Shown here one piece after another: positions 1-12,419 of a DNA stretch of 64,000 bases. The notes beneath the pieces are model-generated. The model saw only the letters and a program-made list of their open reading frames with translations. It was not told where the DNA came from and made no database searches. Each line of letters begins with the position of its first letter. Position 1 is the stretch's first letter. Both the position numbers and the translations under genes were made by a program. The stretch spans positions 1-64,000 of the forward strand of contig NGBS01000610.1 in the NCBI GenBank assembly GCA_002245135.1, in the 5' to 3' direction. The stretch comes from Proteromonas lacertae. Taxonomy: Eukaryota.

Positions 1-2564
1 CGTGAAATCAACTGTCGTCGAGCTGCTTCAGCTGCATTTCAAGAGAATGTTGGTAGACAAGGACATTCTAATTTCTCTCATGGAATTGATATATTAACCA
101 AAACTGATTTTTATGCAGTTGGTAATCGTAATAATAGTTATTTAATACTTGGTCCATATGTTGCTTCATTTAGTGAATATAGTCAAGCATTAATTGATCA
201 TGCAGTAAATGTAAAAATCGAACATTGGGATGCTGAAATAAGAACATTAAGTGCTGAAGCTTTACATAACTTAACACCTTGTAATCCTGATTATATGGTA
301 AATACAGTAATACCTCGATTAATCCAAAATACCTTATCAAACCAAGTATATCGTCGACATGGTGCTTATTAGCATTGAGTGAAATAATCTTATCATTATA
401 TGAATTAAACTATGAATTGAAAGAAGATGTATTAAAATCAATTCGAAATGTGGTAATAAATGTAGAAAAAGAGCGTTTATATCGTGGTAAAGGTGGAAGT
501 ATAGTTCGTTTGGAATATGTCGATTAATTGAATGTATTAGTTTATGCCATCATCCATTAAGTGAGAAAGGAATATTACGATTATTACAATCGTTAGATGA
601 ACATTTTAAACAAAGTTAGAAGATATTCAAAAAGCTGCATCTTATTCATTTCGTTCATTTTCTGAAGAATATTTCAAGCAATTATCTTCTGAAATGATGG
701 ATAAAGTAATATCAGTATATGTATTAGGTTTACAGAATGATGATAATCCAGCAGTAACTCGTGGTTTTAGTTTAGCTTTAGGTTGTTTACCAGGTTATTC
801 AATCAATACAGCTGAGAGACAAAAAATAGTATTTAATGCTTTAATCAATGCAACTCATATTCAAGAGAAAAGAGATGAAAGAGATGCTGAAACTCGAAGA
901 AATGCAATGAAAGCATTAAGTGATTTGGCTTGTCGAATTGGATTAAATGAAGAAGGATTAAATGAAGAAATCAGATTATTAGTATTTGATAGTTTATATA
1001 TTGGTACAATGGATTATTGTATAGAAGATCGTGGGTGTTGGTTCTTGGATAAGAAAAGAATCTTTATTAGGAATGGAGAAATTTATGAATATGTTATTAG
1101 AAGTAGAATTGGAAAAAGCAAATTTATTACCATTGAATCAATATAATAAAGAAGTAAAGATTGGTTCAATATTACATACTAAATATGGAAAAGGTAAATT
1201 AATAGAAAAAGAGAATGTAGAAATCGAAAAAGGTAAAAATGAAGAATTATTCATAATCGAATTTGATGAAGAATCAATTGGTTCAAGAACATTTCCATTA
1301 AAGAAAGGAAAACTAAACAAAAACTTGTGTAAAATAGAAATAAGAGAAGAAAATGATGATGAAGAGTTTAATTGTGGTGATGTAGAGAATCGAAAAGAAT
1401 ATTTGACTGAAGATATAAATCGAAAAGTATTAGATAGTTTAACCAATCAAAATCCTTTGATAAAGAATGAATATAAAAACAAGAAACATTATTATACTGA
1501 AGATATGATAGTTCGATTAATGAATGTGTTAATAAAACAAAGTGTAGAAAAGATCGATAATATTCGTCAAACATCAGGTGAAATATTATTAAGAATTTTA
1601 TATCATAATCCTCCATTTTATATATACCTAATAAAAGTGAATTAGAACATTTAATACCCAAAGATTTTAACAGTTGGAGTAGTCCTCAATTTGTATATCC
1701 AATGATGGTGAAAGTATTATCAATTGAAGGTTATAATAATTCATTAGTAGAAGGAATAGTAGTGAGTGGTTGGTGGTTTAACTGAATCATTGAGTAAACC
1801 ATCCTCAGATGCCCTTAATAGAATGGGTGTAATAAACAAAGTGGAATTGGTTTAGTTTGGTTAAATCATTTTGGCATTTTATATAATTCATGTATTTGAA
1901 TTATATAAAGGAATGTTCGAATAAATATATCCGTTATTTCAAATGTGTGAGAAATTATTGAACAATAACTGTTTTAATAAATTAAATGAGAAAGAACATG
2001 AAAGATTTAACTTTGAATTAATTCGTGTTTCAATAGATGAAGTGAAAAGAGTATAATAAATATATGTTAATATTTATATATATAATAAAAATAGACTCGA
2101 GATGCCAAAGAAGATATTATATTCAATTCCAATATTTATAAATTTATTATCAAATGAAGGAGAAGTAAGAAAACAATGTATAAAGCATTTATTAGTGAAT
2201 TTGACTCATGTTTTTCCAAAAGTAAGAAATACAACAGCTGAACAATTATATATCAAATTTTTAACATTAGAAAACTTTTTAGATGAAGATAATATGGATA
2301 AAGTATTAGATATATTATCAACTACAAATTGGAATGAAGATGTATATAATATAATATATATATAATATTCAATAGATTGAAGAATTAAAGAAAATCAAAT
2401 TACCATTATATGAAATATTTGAATTACCACCTCCTCAATATTATAGCAAATCAGCAGATGGAAGTGAAAACATTAAGAAAGGAACAAGTAAAAAGGATGA
2501 TAAAGATAAAGATGGTTTTGCTCAAGGATTTCAAGAAATGCTTGATCTTGGTTTAGATGGTTAA
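1..2564 (+). CDS. TBCD: Tubulin-folding cofactor D, 3' part (5' end outside window), with several apparent indels
   Basis: Frame 1 from base 1 reads [21 protein letters not shown]. Later motifs include [25 protein letters not shown] and [21 protein letters not shown] introns near 2051 and 2342; TAA at 2562-2564. Confidence 0.9.
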
Positions 2565-2722
2565 AATTATCTGATTTTATTATTATCTATTGCTATTACT
2601 TATACTATTAAGTGTTTTTTATGGTATTTAGGATGTGATTGTGTTTAATTTGAAAAGATTTAGATAATTTGATAAAAATAAATCTCAATAATGAATATTC
2701 AATATGTTTATTATTCATGTAT

Positions 2723-3079
2723 TAATCATTCAATATTGAAGAATTCTTTTGATAATTCTTTCTTTTCTTCTTTTGATATTCCATCTATTTTGATTATTCC
2801 AATTGTTGAAAATATTTCGAAAAAGGATTTTAATTCTGATTTATCTATATTCTCTTTCACTGTTATGGATAATTCATCTAAACTATCAAATACTTCTTGA
2901 TTTTCTTTCATTAATATCAATTCTTCTTCATTTAATTCATTTCCTGATATATTTATCTTTTCTAATAGTTTATAATCTTTTAATCTTTCTATTAACATTT
3001 TTAATCCTTCTTCACTCATTCCAATATCTATTCATATGATATTTTTATATTATATTTTATAATACTTGATAGATTTAAT
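2723..3079. repeat. 357-bp direct repeat, copy 1 (last intron plus last exon of the kinase-LRR family)
   Basis: Matches 8128-8484 at offset 5405. The 97-aa and 78-aa ORF translations are identical in both copies; one mismatch seen (3057 T vs 8462 C, intronic). Confidence 0.95.
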
Positions 3080-3195
3080 GAATCATAATCATCAACGACT
3101 TTATGAAAATATTTACATATTATTTCTATTCCTTCATTTCCAATTTCATTATTATTATATATCGATATTATTTTTGTCTTATCTTTTGGAAGCAT
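2726..3195 (-). pseudogene. 5'-truncated fragment of a kinase-LRR family gene (last LRRs only)
   Basis: Minus strand reads KTKIISIYNNNEIGNEGIEIICKYFHKVVDDYDSLNLS, intron, then IGMSEEGLKMLIERLK. This aligns to the C-terminus of the 40035-43562 gene. In-frame TAA just upstream and no kinase part. Confidence 0.7.
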
Positions 3196-3314
3196 TTAAA
3201 AGTGTTCCTTTACTGATGGAACTTCATTTGGAAGGTAATTTGTTTGAAGAAGGTATTGATGATGTAATGAAATTGTATCAGAATTATCCGAGATGCAAAA
3301 TATCACTTGAGTAA
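3180..3314 (+). pseudogene. Short C-terminal fragment of another LRR gene
   Basis: LLEAFKSVPLLMELHLEGNLFEEGIDDVMK fits the RNI-like LxxLxLxxN repeat; no upstream gene body. Confidence 0.45.
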
Positions 3315-3503
3315 TATATTTTGTGTGTATATAGTATTTCTACAATATATAATTATAACTGAAATCGTATATTTTTATGAATAATTTGTTTATAATGTTA
3401 TTGAAATTATGAAAGGAGATAAAGCATAGACTTTTTAGAATTGGGTTGTGAAAACTAGAGTATAATTGTAGAATAATATTATAATAATGAAAATCATCTC
3501 TAT

Positions 3504-6500
3504 TTACTCGATTTTTATATAACAATTATCAACATAGTATTTTGAATTGTCATTATAGTATTCATACACTTCACTGTGTTCCATCTCATAATTACCTCTA
3601 ATTTTACATTCACATTCGATTCGCACATTCTTCTCTTCATTTCCTTCAAAGCATTTCCAATATAATACTAAATAATTATCAATTAATTCAAAGAAACTAA
3701 TCTTTTCTTCTTTTCGTAATTCTCTCAATTTATGATATCTTACTTCACATCCACCAGCTATTCCTATCTTACATAATACCATTCCTAAACATTTATCACT
3801 TATATTTCTCACTTTTATATCAACATCTAATAAATCACCTTCTTTCAACTCTGTTTCATTCATTTTTAATTCCATTTTTAAATTACAACTATCATTTATC
3901 AATGGTTTTTCTTTTGAGTAGAAATTGAGAGTATATGATAATTTCATTGGATTTTCTAATTCATCTTTTAATTTTACATTTAGTATATTTTCATCTCCCA
4001 TTAATAACGATTTTAAACATTCTTTTTCTATTTCTATTTGGGAATAGTTTTTCATTTCTTTCAAATCAATATTCATAATATTTTTATTATTCAATTCAAT
4101 TTTCATCTCATTATTACAAATAAATTTCCCACTTTCTTTAATCATATTATCATATTCTAATAACACTTTCAAACTCAATATTGTTCCTTGAGTTGAACCA
4201 TAATATCCATCACAACAACACTCTTGAATTGAATATATACTCTTATTTATAGCATTATTGATTTCACTTGTGTTTCTTTTCGCTTTTATCCACAACAATA
4301 AACATAATGAAGTTGTTTCAATTTTTAAAGCTTTTTCTCTCGAATGAGTTATTGATTCTTTTGGATAATATATAAATCCATCTTCTTTTTGCATTGAAAG
4401 TAAGTTTTTGATTATTTCATTTGCTTTCATATTTTCTTTCAGATTTAAACAACTCAAACCTAATAAACTAAGAATATAAGGATCATCACTATCTTTTACT
4501 CTCTCATAGAAAATATCAAATGAAGTTTTGATTTTCTCATCTACAGTAAAAGAGGTTAAACACCAATAGATATAAGCACTTGAACATTCTTTTCCTGCTC
4601 CACCAAAATTATCTAATTGTTTAGAATCTAAATTGAAATAACCACTTGATTCATCTAATCGACTCATTAACCATTCCATTGCTTTATTCTCCATTTCTTC
4701 ATTCACACCATCATATATATCTTTCATTTCTTCAAGTTCCATTAAACCATAAGCTGTTAATGTTTCACAAGCTGGACTATCTCCAAACCACTCAAATCCA
4801 CCTTCTTCTGTTTGATAACTTATCAATCTTTTATATCCTTCTTCTATAAATTTATCACCATTTTCTTTCATTTTATTCTTATATCCACTTTTGCTTTTCA
4901 TATATTTTATACCCAAAATCATTGGATATAATACACTTGACGTTTGTTCAAAACATCCATATGGTTTTCGAATTAAGGAATGAACTGAATTTAATATCTT
5001 TTCCACCAGTTTTTCTTCGATTTTCAAATTAAAATTGATAGTATTTTCATCTATATTTGCAGGCAGAGAGAATGGAATCTCATTTACAATATCTTTTAAA
5101 ATTATATCTTTAGACATGTTATAAAAATAACCTCGAGGATAGATTTTGATTGGATATTCTAAACAATCATTATAATCATCACTGTCAGCTAATATCTTTA
5201 TTCTTGATTCACAAATATCATCATTTTCATTCTCTAATTTCATTTCGTCATTATTTACAGCTTTCTTTCCTTTTAAATAACTTGCATATATTATGAAGAT
5301 TTCTTTGTGAGTTGTTTTCTTTTCATACCATTCATATATACAGTTTTCGCATTTTAAACCATCATCACTTTCTAATATAAGTTTTATACCTTTCATATTA
5401 CATAAATCAGGATTTAAATTTACAACTACTGGTAAATGAATTTCATCTTTATCACAAACATAAACAGGAGGAATACAATTTAAATAAAATGGTAATTTAC
5501 TGTGAATTGTTATATCTTTACTTCCATATATTGAATCATTTAATTTAAATCCTTCTACTCTAACTCGATAACTACTAATTGAATCACTTAATTGGAATTT
5601 TATTCTTGTGACTTTATTACATTTTATACTATTCGTACAAAATAAAGTACTTCTAAAATCATTTCTTATTTTTATTTCTTTTTTATCATAAGCATATTCT
5701 CTTTCTACTATGATATTCTTTGATTCTAAATCTTGATGTATATTTGGTCTGGAAAATTTATAAACATCGCGAGGTTTTGCTTTACAAATCTTGGCTTTCC
5801 ACGACTTTTTGCTTTCAGCTTTCAATTCACATCCCCATAATTCGTCAGTTAAAAAAAATCTTCTTTCATCATCTGTAATTTGCTTCCAAAATCTACCAAT
5901 TATTCGCTTGTATTTATCAATATTTTCTTCATAAATATTATCATAGATTCCTAATACATTCTTATAGATAAATCTTCGCCAACCTTGAGTTCCTAACAAT
6001 AAATCTATTTCTTCATTGCCTTTCAAATCTTTACTCAAATAACTATCACAATCTTCTACATGATCTACTTCGTTTTCCACATAAATCATTAATGGGAGAG
6101 ATGGATTTTGTAATCTCTTTTCTTCTAAATTCAATATTCCTTCATCAACTACTAATACACTTACATCTATAAATAATATCAATATTATATTATAAATAAT
6201 ATATATTATATACTGCAATCAATTGGTAAACTATTCTCATTATAAGTATTAATTTTTAATTCTACTGTTTCTCCAGGTTTGTAATTGTTTTTATCTTCTT
6301 TTATATCAATATTTATCGAATGACTTGGATTTACATATATCAATCTTTCAGCTATTGGAATTTCATCTTCAGTATATAATGTTACTCGAAATACTCCTCC
6401 CAAATTTACTTCATTTTCATTCAGACAGAATCTTATCTTTCCTATTCGTTTATCGAATATTACTTTTCGATAATCCATCTCAATCTCTTTCAAATATAAT

Positions 6501-7641
6501 CCAATGAAGTATTTATTCTTTATTTTACTTCTTTCTACTTCTATTTCGATTGAATTATTGTTATAACTATTATGATTTGAATGAATTATTGCTCCTTCTG
6601 TTACTCTATATATCATAATATAATATATTTATACTCTGGCAAATCTATCATGTTATTTTTACATTTTGGATGAATTACATATAAAGCATATTCTATACCA
6701 CTTTGAGGAATAAATGGAATTGATTTACCTCGACCTTCATGAAATGTTTTAATTGGCATTATTCGTTTGTTATTCGTCTTATCTATTATTTCACCTTCAA
6801 AATCACCTGGATTTCCATTCTTTAATAAACATTCATAATATATCACATTATGAACATTACTGATTAAATAGGAACTACTTTCTACATATACTTTTATATC
6901 TAATTCATTTTCATCATTCACAATTGGAATTGTTTTAGATGAACTTCCTATCATACCATTATACCAGATCTTCACTGTTAATGAAATGTTTTTCTCTTCT
7001 TTTATCTTCTCAGGTAATTGTAATTCGAAGAGTATTTTACCTTCCAATATTTTACTCTCTCCGCTTATTATTACATCATCAAATCGACTGTTTATTTCAC
7101 AACTATCAACCAATATTTCTCCACTTCCTCTTTCCACAGTTGAAATACTTCCACTCACTAAATCATTCACATTATAACCTTCTTTATCAAATTTTATATC
7201 AAGTGTGAAATGAGGATCAACATAGTTTTGAATGTTGATTTTTCGACTTTTACATGGATATTTTTTACATTTTATTGTATATTCACCTCCACTTTGATTT
7301 TCTGGAATTTCCCATTTATACATGAAAGTACCTTCTGTCAATGACACTTTACTCTTTAATTCAAATCCACTTTCTGATGATATTATCACTGTATCAGTGG
7401 TACAATTATCAACAAAGGTAATTCTTTTAACTATCTCACTTCTTCGTATTCTAGTTTTATTATTTTCAGGTAATGTGGTTAATGTATGAGTAGCATGATC
7501 TGTTACATAACCAACGATGTAAATTGTATCTTTTGGTTTATAGAATTGTTTATCTGTAGTTATATGGATGTTCCAATATGTCCATTCTGATAAATCAGCA
7601 TCTTTACTGTTTTCTTCATTTTTTGATGTGCATGATCCCAT
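3504..7641 (-). CDS. Alpha-2-macroglobulin / thioester-containing protein, about 1350 aa, 3 exons
   Basis: MG-domain motifs TTDKQFYKPKD and DKNNYKPGETV; DLLLGTQGWRRF; RNDFRSTL; thioester GCFEQ at 4944-4958; GGFEWFG and TAYGLMEL. GT-AG introns 6606-6634 and 6167-6213 restore one frame. Start MGSCTS at 7641. Confidence 0.92.
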
Positions 7642-8127
7642 CAGATGTATAGAAAATCTTAAAAACGATAAAAAGTGCACTTATCTCAGATCTTGATTTA
7701 TATCTTTTCCGTTACATTAATTTTGCAATTATCTAAATGGAATTAATAGTTGATATATTATAAAACATTCCTTCTCATCTTGTAGTATATGTTGAATAGT
7801 TATTATCATTATACTGAGAATGATTATTTCTTAGATCTAACTTCAACTCACATAAATTATTTATATACACAAAAATTATATTAAAAAACTTCAGTTCATC
7901 ATTACAGCTGAACATAACTAGCAAATTACAATTATTCTGTAATTTGCATAATATGTTTGCAGTATACTAAAAGTGGATTGATATAGACTGTAGCTATGAT
8001 AAATCTTATAAATTATATCTAGTTTAGAATATTTAAAATAATGTGATGTATAAAAATTATAATATATATTTTATAAGCAGAATAACAGAATAAAATGTAA
8101 ATGAATTATTTAATAACATTTGTTTAA

Positions 8128-8484
8128 TAATCATTCAATATTGAAGAATTCTTTTGATAATTCTTTCTTTTCTTCTTTTGATATTCCATCTATTTTGATT
8201 ATTCCAATTGTTGAAAATATTTCGAAAAAGGATTTTAATTCTGATTTATCTATATTCTCTTTCACTGTTATGGATAATTCATCTAAACTATCAAATACTT
8301 CTTGATTTTCTTTCATTAATATCAATTCTTCTTCATTTAATTCATTTCCTGATATATTTATCTTTTCTAATAGTTTATAATCTTTTAATCTTTCTATTAA
8401 CATTTTTAATCCTTCTTCACTCATTCCAATATCTATTCATATGATATTTTTATATTATATTCTATAATACTTGATAGATTTAAT
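8128..8484. repeat. 357-bp direct repeat, copy 2
   Basis: Near-identical to 2723-3079. Confidence 0.95.
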
Positions 8485-9304
8485 AATAATTGATCATCAA
8501 ATAATTATCTTCATCTTTCAATATTTCACTCATCTTTATCATTTCTTTTTCCAACTCTTTTAAACTCAATCTATCTTCATTCTTCACTTTCAACATTCTG
8601 AATATCATTTCTTTCATCATTTCATCACATTCAACATCTAAATTATATTTACACCTCATAATATTATTCATTACTTTATTCATATTATTATCATCTTCAG
8701 TTAAATGGTATATACATCCAATTGACCAAATCACAATTCTTTTATTATATTCTAATCCATTTAACTCTTCTGGGCTTTAAAAGCATATATCATATATTCT
8801 CACATCTTCTTCTCTTCTCAATTCAATTATGAATAAATCACAAATCCTTATTTCGTTATATATATCTATTGTTATGTTTGAACTCTTCAAATTACTTATC
8901 ATTAAATCATTTTCACTCAATATCATCATAACATCACATATTAAAATGATTATATTACAAATATCACTGTTTGACATTAATATATTATTCATTATCTCTT
9001 TCAAATCTTTCACATAATAATCTCTTTCTAATATAATCATATCATCCCCGATTATCTGCATTTGTGATGGATAAGTATAATTTAAACAACAATCTAACAA
9101 TAAATGGTTATTGTCATGGAATTTTTATAGCTTTTTTTGTAGCATGATATTAACTTTAAACATTTTTATCATTTTAATATCATTTTTATGTTGTACAACT
9201 AAATCTACATTATTAGTAGTTTTTTCTACTCTTTCTGTCATCTATAAAATAAACCAGCAAAAATACGTTCTCATCAGATGGTAATAATGATTATATCTTG
9301 TCAT
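8131..9304 (-). pseudogene. Internally deleted pseudokinase-LRR paralog
   Basis: Kinase-fold motifs SNLKSSNI, ICDLF, SPEEL and IWSIGCI match 42917-43453. In-frame TAA at 8777-8779 plus frameshifts. DNYLMI joins directly to the last LRR exon. Confidence 0.75.
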
Positions 9305-9434
9305 TTACAAAAAAACAAAGAAAATTATTGCTGATTCAAAAAAATATCCATAAAAGTTTAAATTCAGCTAAGGAGAATTTTTAACAAACAAAAATAATAA
9401 ATAACAAAAAAAGGAAATTAAATATAATTAATAA

Positions 9435-11383
9435 CTACGATTTTACTTTATGAAAAAGATTGGGTATTGATGTAGGTAAAGGTTTAATTGTTGGTTTTAA
9501 TCTATCTTTAAGGGGAATAGAACTATAATCAAATGTATTTTCCATAACTTTTTTCTTTGGAGTTTTTTCACAATGAAAATCTTCAAGTAAATCTTCATTA
9601 CTATTATTCTGAGATTGTGTTAAATTCTCTTCCATCGTTTTGATTGATATTTTATTACCTTTTTGATATATAATACTCTGTAATATCAACAATTTCTCCA
9701 ATTCTTTTATTCGATTCTGAAAATAATCAATCATATCATTTCTTTCTAAAATATATAATAAAAGCAAATATATAAATACGTTCTACCATTGATTCATAAT
9801 CATTCTTTTGTTTAGTCATATCTGATCGAAGTGATTGAATTTCATTTTCTAATTGTTCTATCTTTCTATCTTTTTCTTCAATAATCTGTTGATTCTTATT
9901 ATTATCTCTGTCATGATATAATCTTTCTCTTGATAATTCAACTTCTATTTCTAACATCTCTCTTTTTGTTTTCATTAATACTTCATTTACATCAGTTACA
10001 CTTGTTGTGGATGATATTCTAATATTTCTAATTTGTCTCTATTATATAGTATAAATGATGATATAAATTATATATACTTCAATTTCTTCTTCACTCAATG
10101 AATTAAGATCTACATCCAATGTTTTTGAAGTAAATAACCAAATATCTCCATTACAATACATTGAATTATTACCACCAAATAACAATCCTTATAATTTATT
10201 AACAAAACCAAAATTAGATTAATTTATAAGATTATAAATAAATAATAAAAGGATATACACATAAGATTAGGATTTTTACATTTTGAATTATACACAGAAT
10301 AAGGAAATATATTAAATGTATGATATGCTCTAGCATCTGGTTTATTATCTCCAACAATGATTCTATCACTTTTAATCTCATTTTCATCTATTAAATAATG
10401 GAATAAATAAATATCATTCGAATAAGATATCTGATTCTTATCGCCACTAGGTTTTATTCCTCCAAATGTAACAATTGATCGAATTGTATCATATCCTGTG
10501 GGATATATATCACTTTGATGATAATAAATAGATGGTGGTAAAAATCCACAAATTGCAGGTTGACTCCATGCATTTTCATATATATCATATACATGTCTAA
10601 TACATAATAATAATAATAATAAATATACATATCAGAACACAAGTGCTTTCTATCATATCCACCATATATTAACATTTTACTTTTATTTATCTTAACACAG
10701 CTATGACCAAATCTACTACATGGCCTTTTTCCACTTGGTAATAATTCTATCCACTTTGCATTCTTTTTGTTTAAATCATTTATATATATTCTATTAATAT
10801 CACCTATTGGACATAAACTACCACTTGCACATCCACCAAATGTCACTAAGGACTCATCTCCTTCATTTCCTAGTATACATAATGAAGATGATTTGCATGG
10901 AATTGGACTGAATATTATGTCTGGAACTACCCATGTTCTTCGACATGAATCGAAATATCGAAGTGTATCAACACAAAATGTCTTGTAGTTTTCATCATTC
11001 TTTAATAAACTCAATGCTTCATTTTCTATGTCTGTTTTATCTTTATTATTTCTACTCACTTCACCTCCAAATAAATAAATTAATGAGCCAGATGTACAAG
11101 CAGCATGGTAAGATGTGCTAGGAGGACTTTTCCCTTTTACCACAACATCTTTCCAATGGTTACTCTCAAACTCATATTTGATAATTCCTGTACATCTTTC
11201 ACCGTGACTCATCCCACCAATTATATATAACTCATTTTTAATTAAATGGCATGTATGACCTTGTCTACTACCTGGAATAAACCCTGTAACTTCATTCTTT
11301 GTCCAAATCATTTCAGGTAATCTTTTAACTTTAGTCTTACTAAATATATGTTTTGTTTCACTTTTATTACTTCTGTTCATCAT
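9435..11383 (-). CDS. Kelch-repeat protein with C-terminal coiled coil
   Basis: Repeats PGSRQGHT..LYIIGG, YLFGG, PCSRFGHS..LIYGG and PDARAYHT..LLFGG. Spliced to coiled-coil ORFs 9736-9975 and 9435-9767. Confidence 0.85.
10189..10256 (-). other. Putative U12-type intron, AT-AA (or AT-AG with a dropped G)
   Basis: 5' ATATCCTTT and branch-like TTGTTAAT. Removal gives NLMC-GLLFGG. GT-AG alternatives at this acceptor give TGA or a frameshift. Confidence 0.65.
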
Positions 11384-11569
11384 AAAAACAATAAACCGTT
11401 TATAAAAAATTCAAATCAAATTTGTTCAAAATAAATATGAAATGAAATATAGTCGTTACATATTTTGGTTTTTGTTTATTATATAATTAGTATAATGGTG
11501 TGTATATTAAATGTATTTAAATTATCAATAAACAAACAAATATACACAATAAATCAAAGTGATAATTAA

Positions 11570-12328
11570 TCAATCTCTTTTCACATGTTTTGGTTTTAAG
11601 CAATACATAAAACTAATAAGAGAAGTAATATAGCATAGCAAGAAAGTAAAAGCAAAAACAATTGTAAATATAATACTTATCTGACCAGATCTAAAGAAAA
11701 AATAATAAATAAAAACAATTATACATAGAATATCCTTTTCTTTCTAAATACTCTGACATTTTTCCAATATATTTCTGAATTATCACAAATACACCCTCCA
11801 TATAGTCAGTATAACTAAATTTAGGAGTGAAGTTATGGATAGGAGTTGTAGATTCCCAATCACCATTTAAAAATGTTATACATTTTGAATATACAAATCT
11901 ATTTATATCACATAATGTAGATAGTGATTTATACTCATCGTTGTATTCTATTACTTCATTATTATGGATATAATAGAGAGTTGGAATTGATTGAATGTCA
12001 TACTTTGTTTTTAACATTACACCATTATCAAAATCAGATATACCAAATAACATTTTTTCACTAAAATGATATGACAGTTGATCAAATGATGGTAAAAACT
12101 TTGAACTGTGATTTGACCAAACTGCATAACTACAAACGATAATTAATTCCAAAAATACAACAACAGTACTTTATCTTTCTCATTTGATATAAATTTATTG
12201 TAATTACTATATGTTACATTAACAATTTCAGAACTAATGAGCGAAATATAAAATAAATACTTTAATTCGTAAGATAATGCACAGTTTATAAACAAAATGA
12301 TATAAATGAGATGATTAAAGTGAAGCAT
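11570..12328 (-). CDS. Signal-peptide thioredoxin-fold single-pass membrane protein (TMX-like) lacking CxxC
   Basis: Hydrophobic N-terminus; YAVWSNHS at the WCxxC position; KYDIQSIPTL; C-terminal TM then KPKHVKRD stop; three GT-AG introns. Confidence 0.7.
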
Positions 12329-12419
12329 GATGAAAAAACAACAAATTAATTATTTCTATTCAAGCTTTTATGCTTGAGAATAACATTTGATTTGTTTTCT
12401 TCAATAACAGCTGATTTAG

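Noticed and set aside
360..1930. Multiple frameshifts in TBCD, plus single ones in the CSRNP-like gene, CFAP57, the PPR 5' end, and near 27200 and 63120, as programmed frameshifting, RNA editing or pseudogenisation
   Set aside because: Mixed +1 and -1 shifts, mostly at homopolymers or AT runs, with no shared signal and in otherwise conserved genes. Assembly error is the simplest explanation; short-read polishing would settle it.
2723..8484. Direct repeats as LTRs of a retroelement
   Set aside because: The repeats are an intron plus coding exon, lack TG..CA ends, and enclose no gag, pol or transposase.
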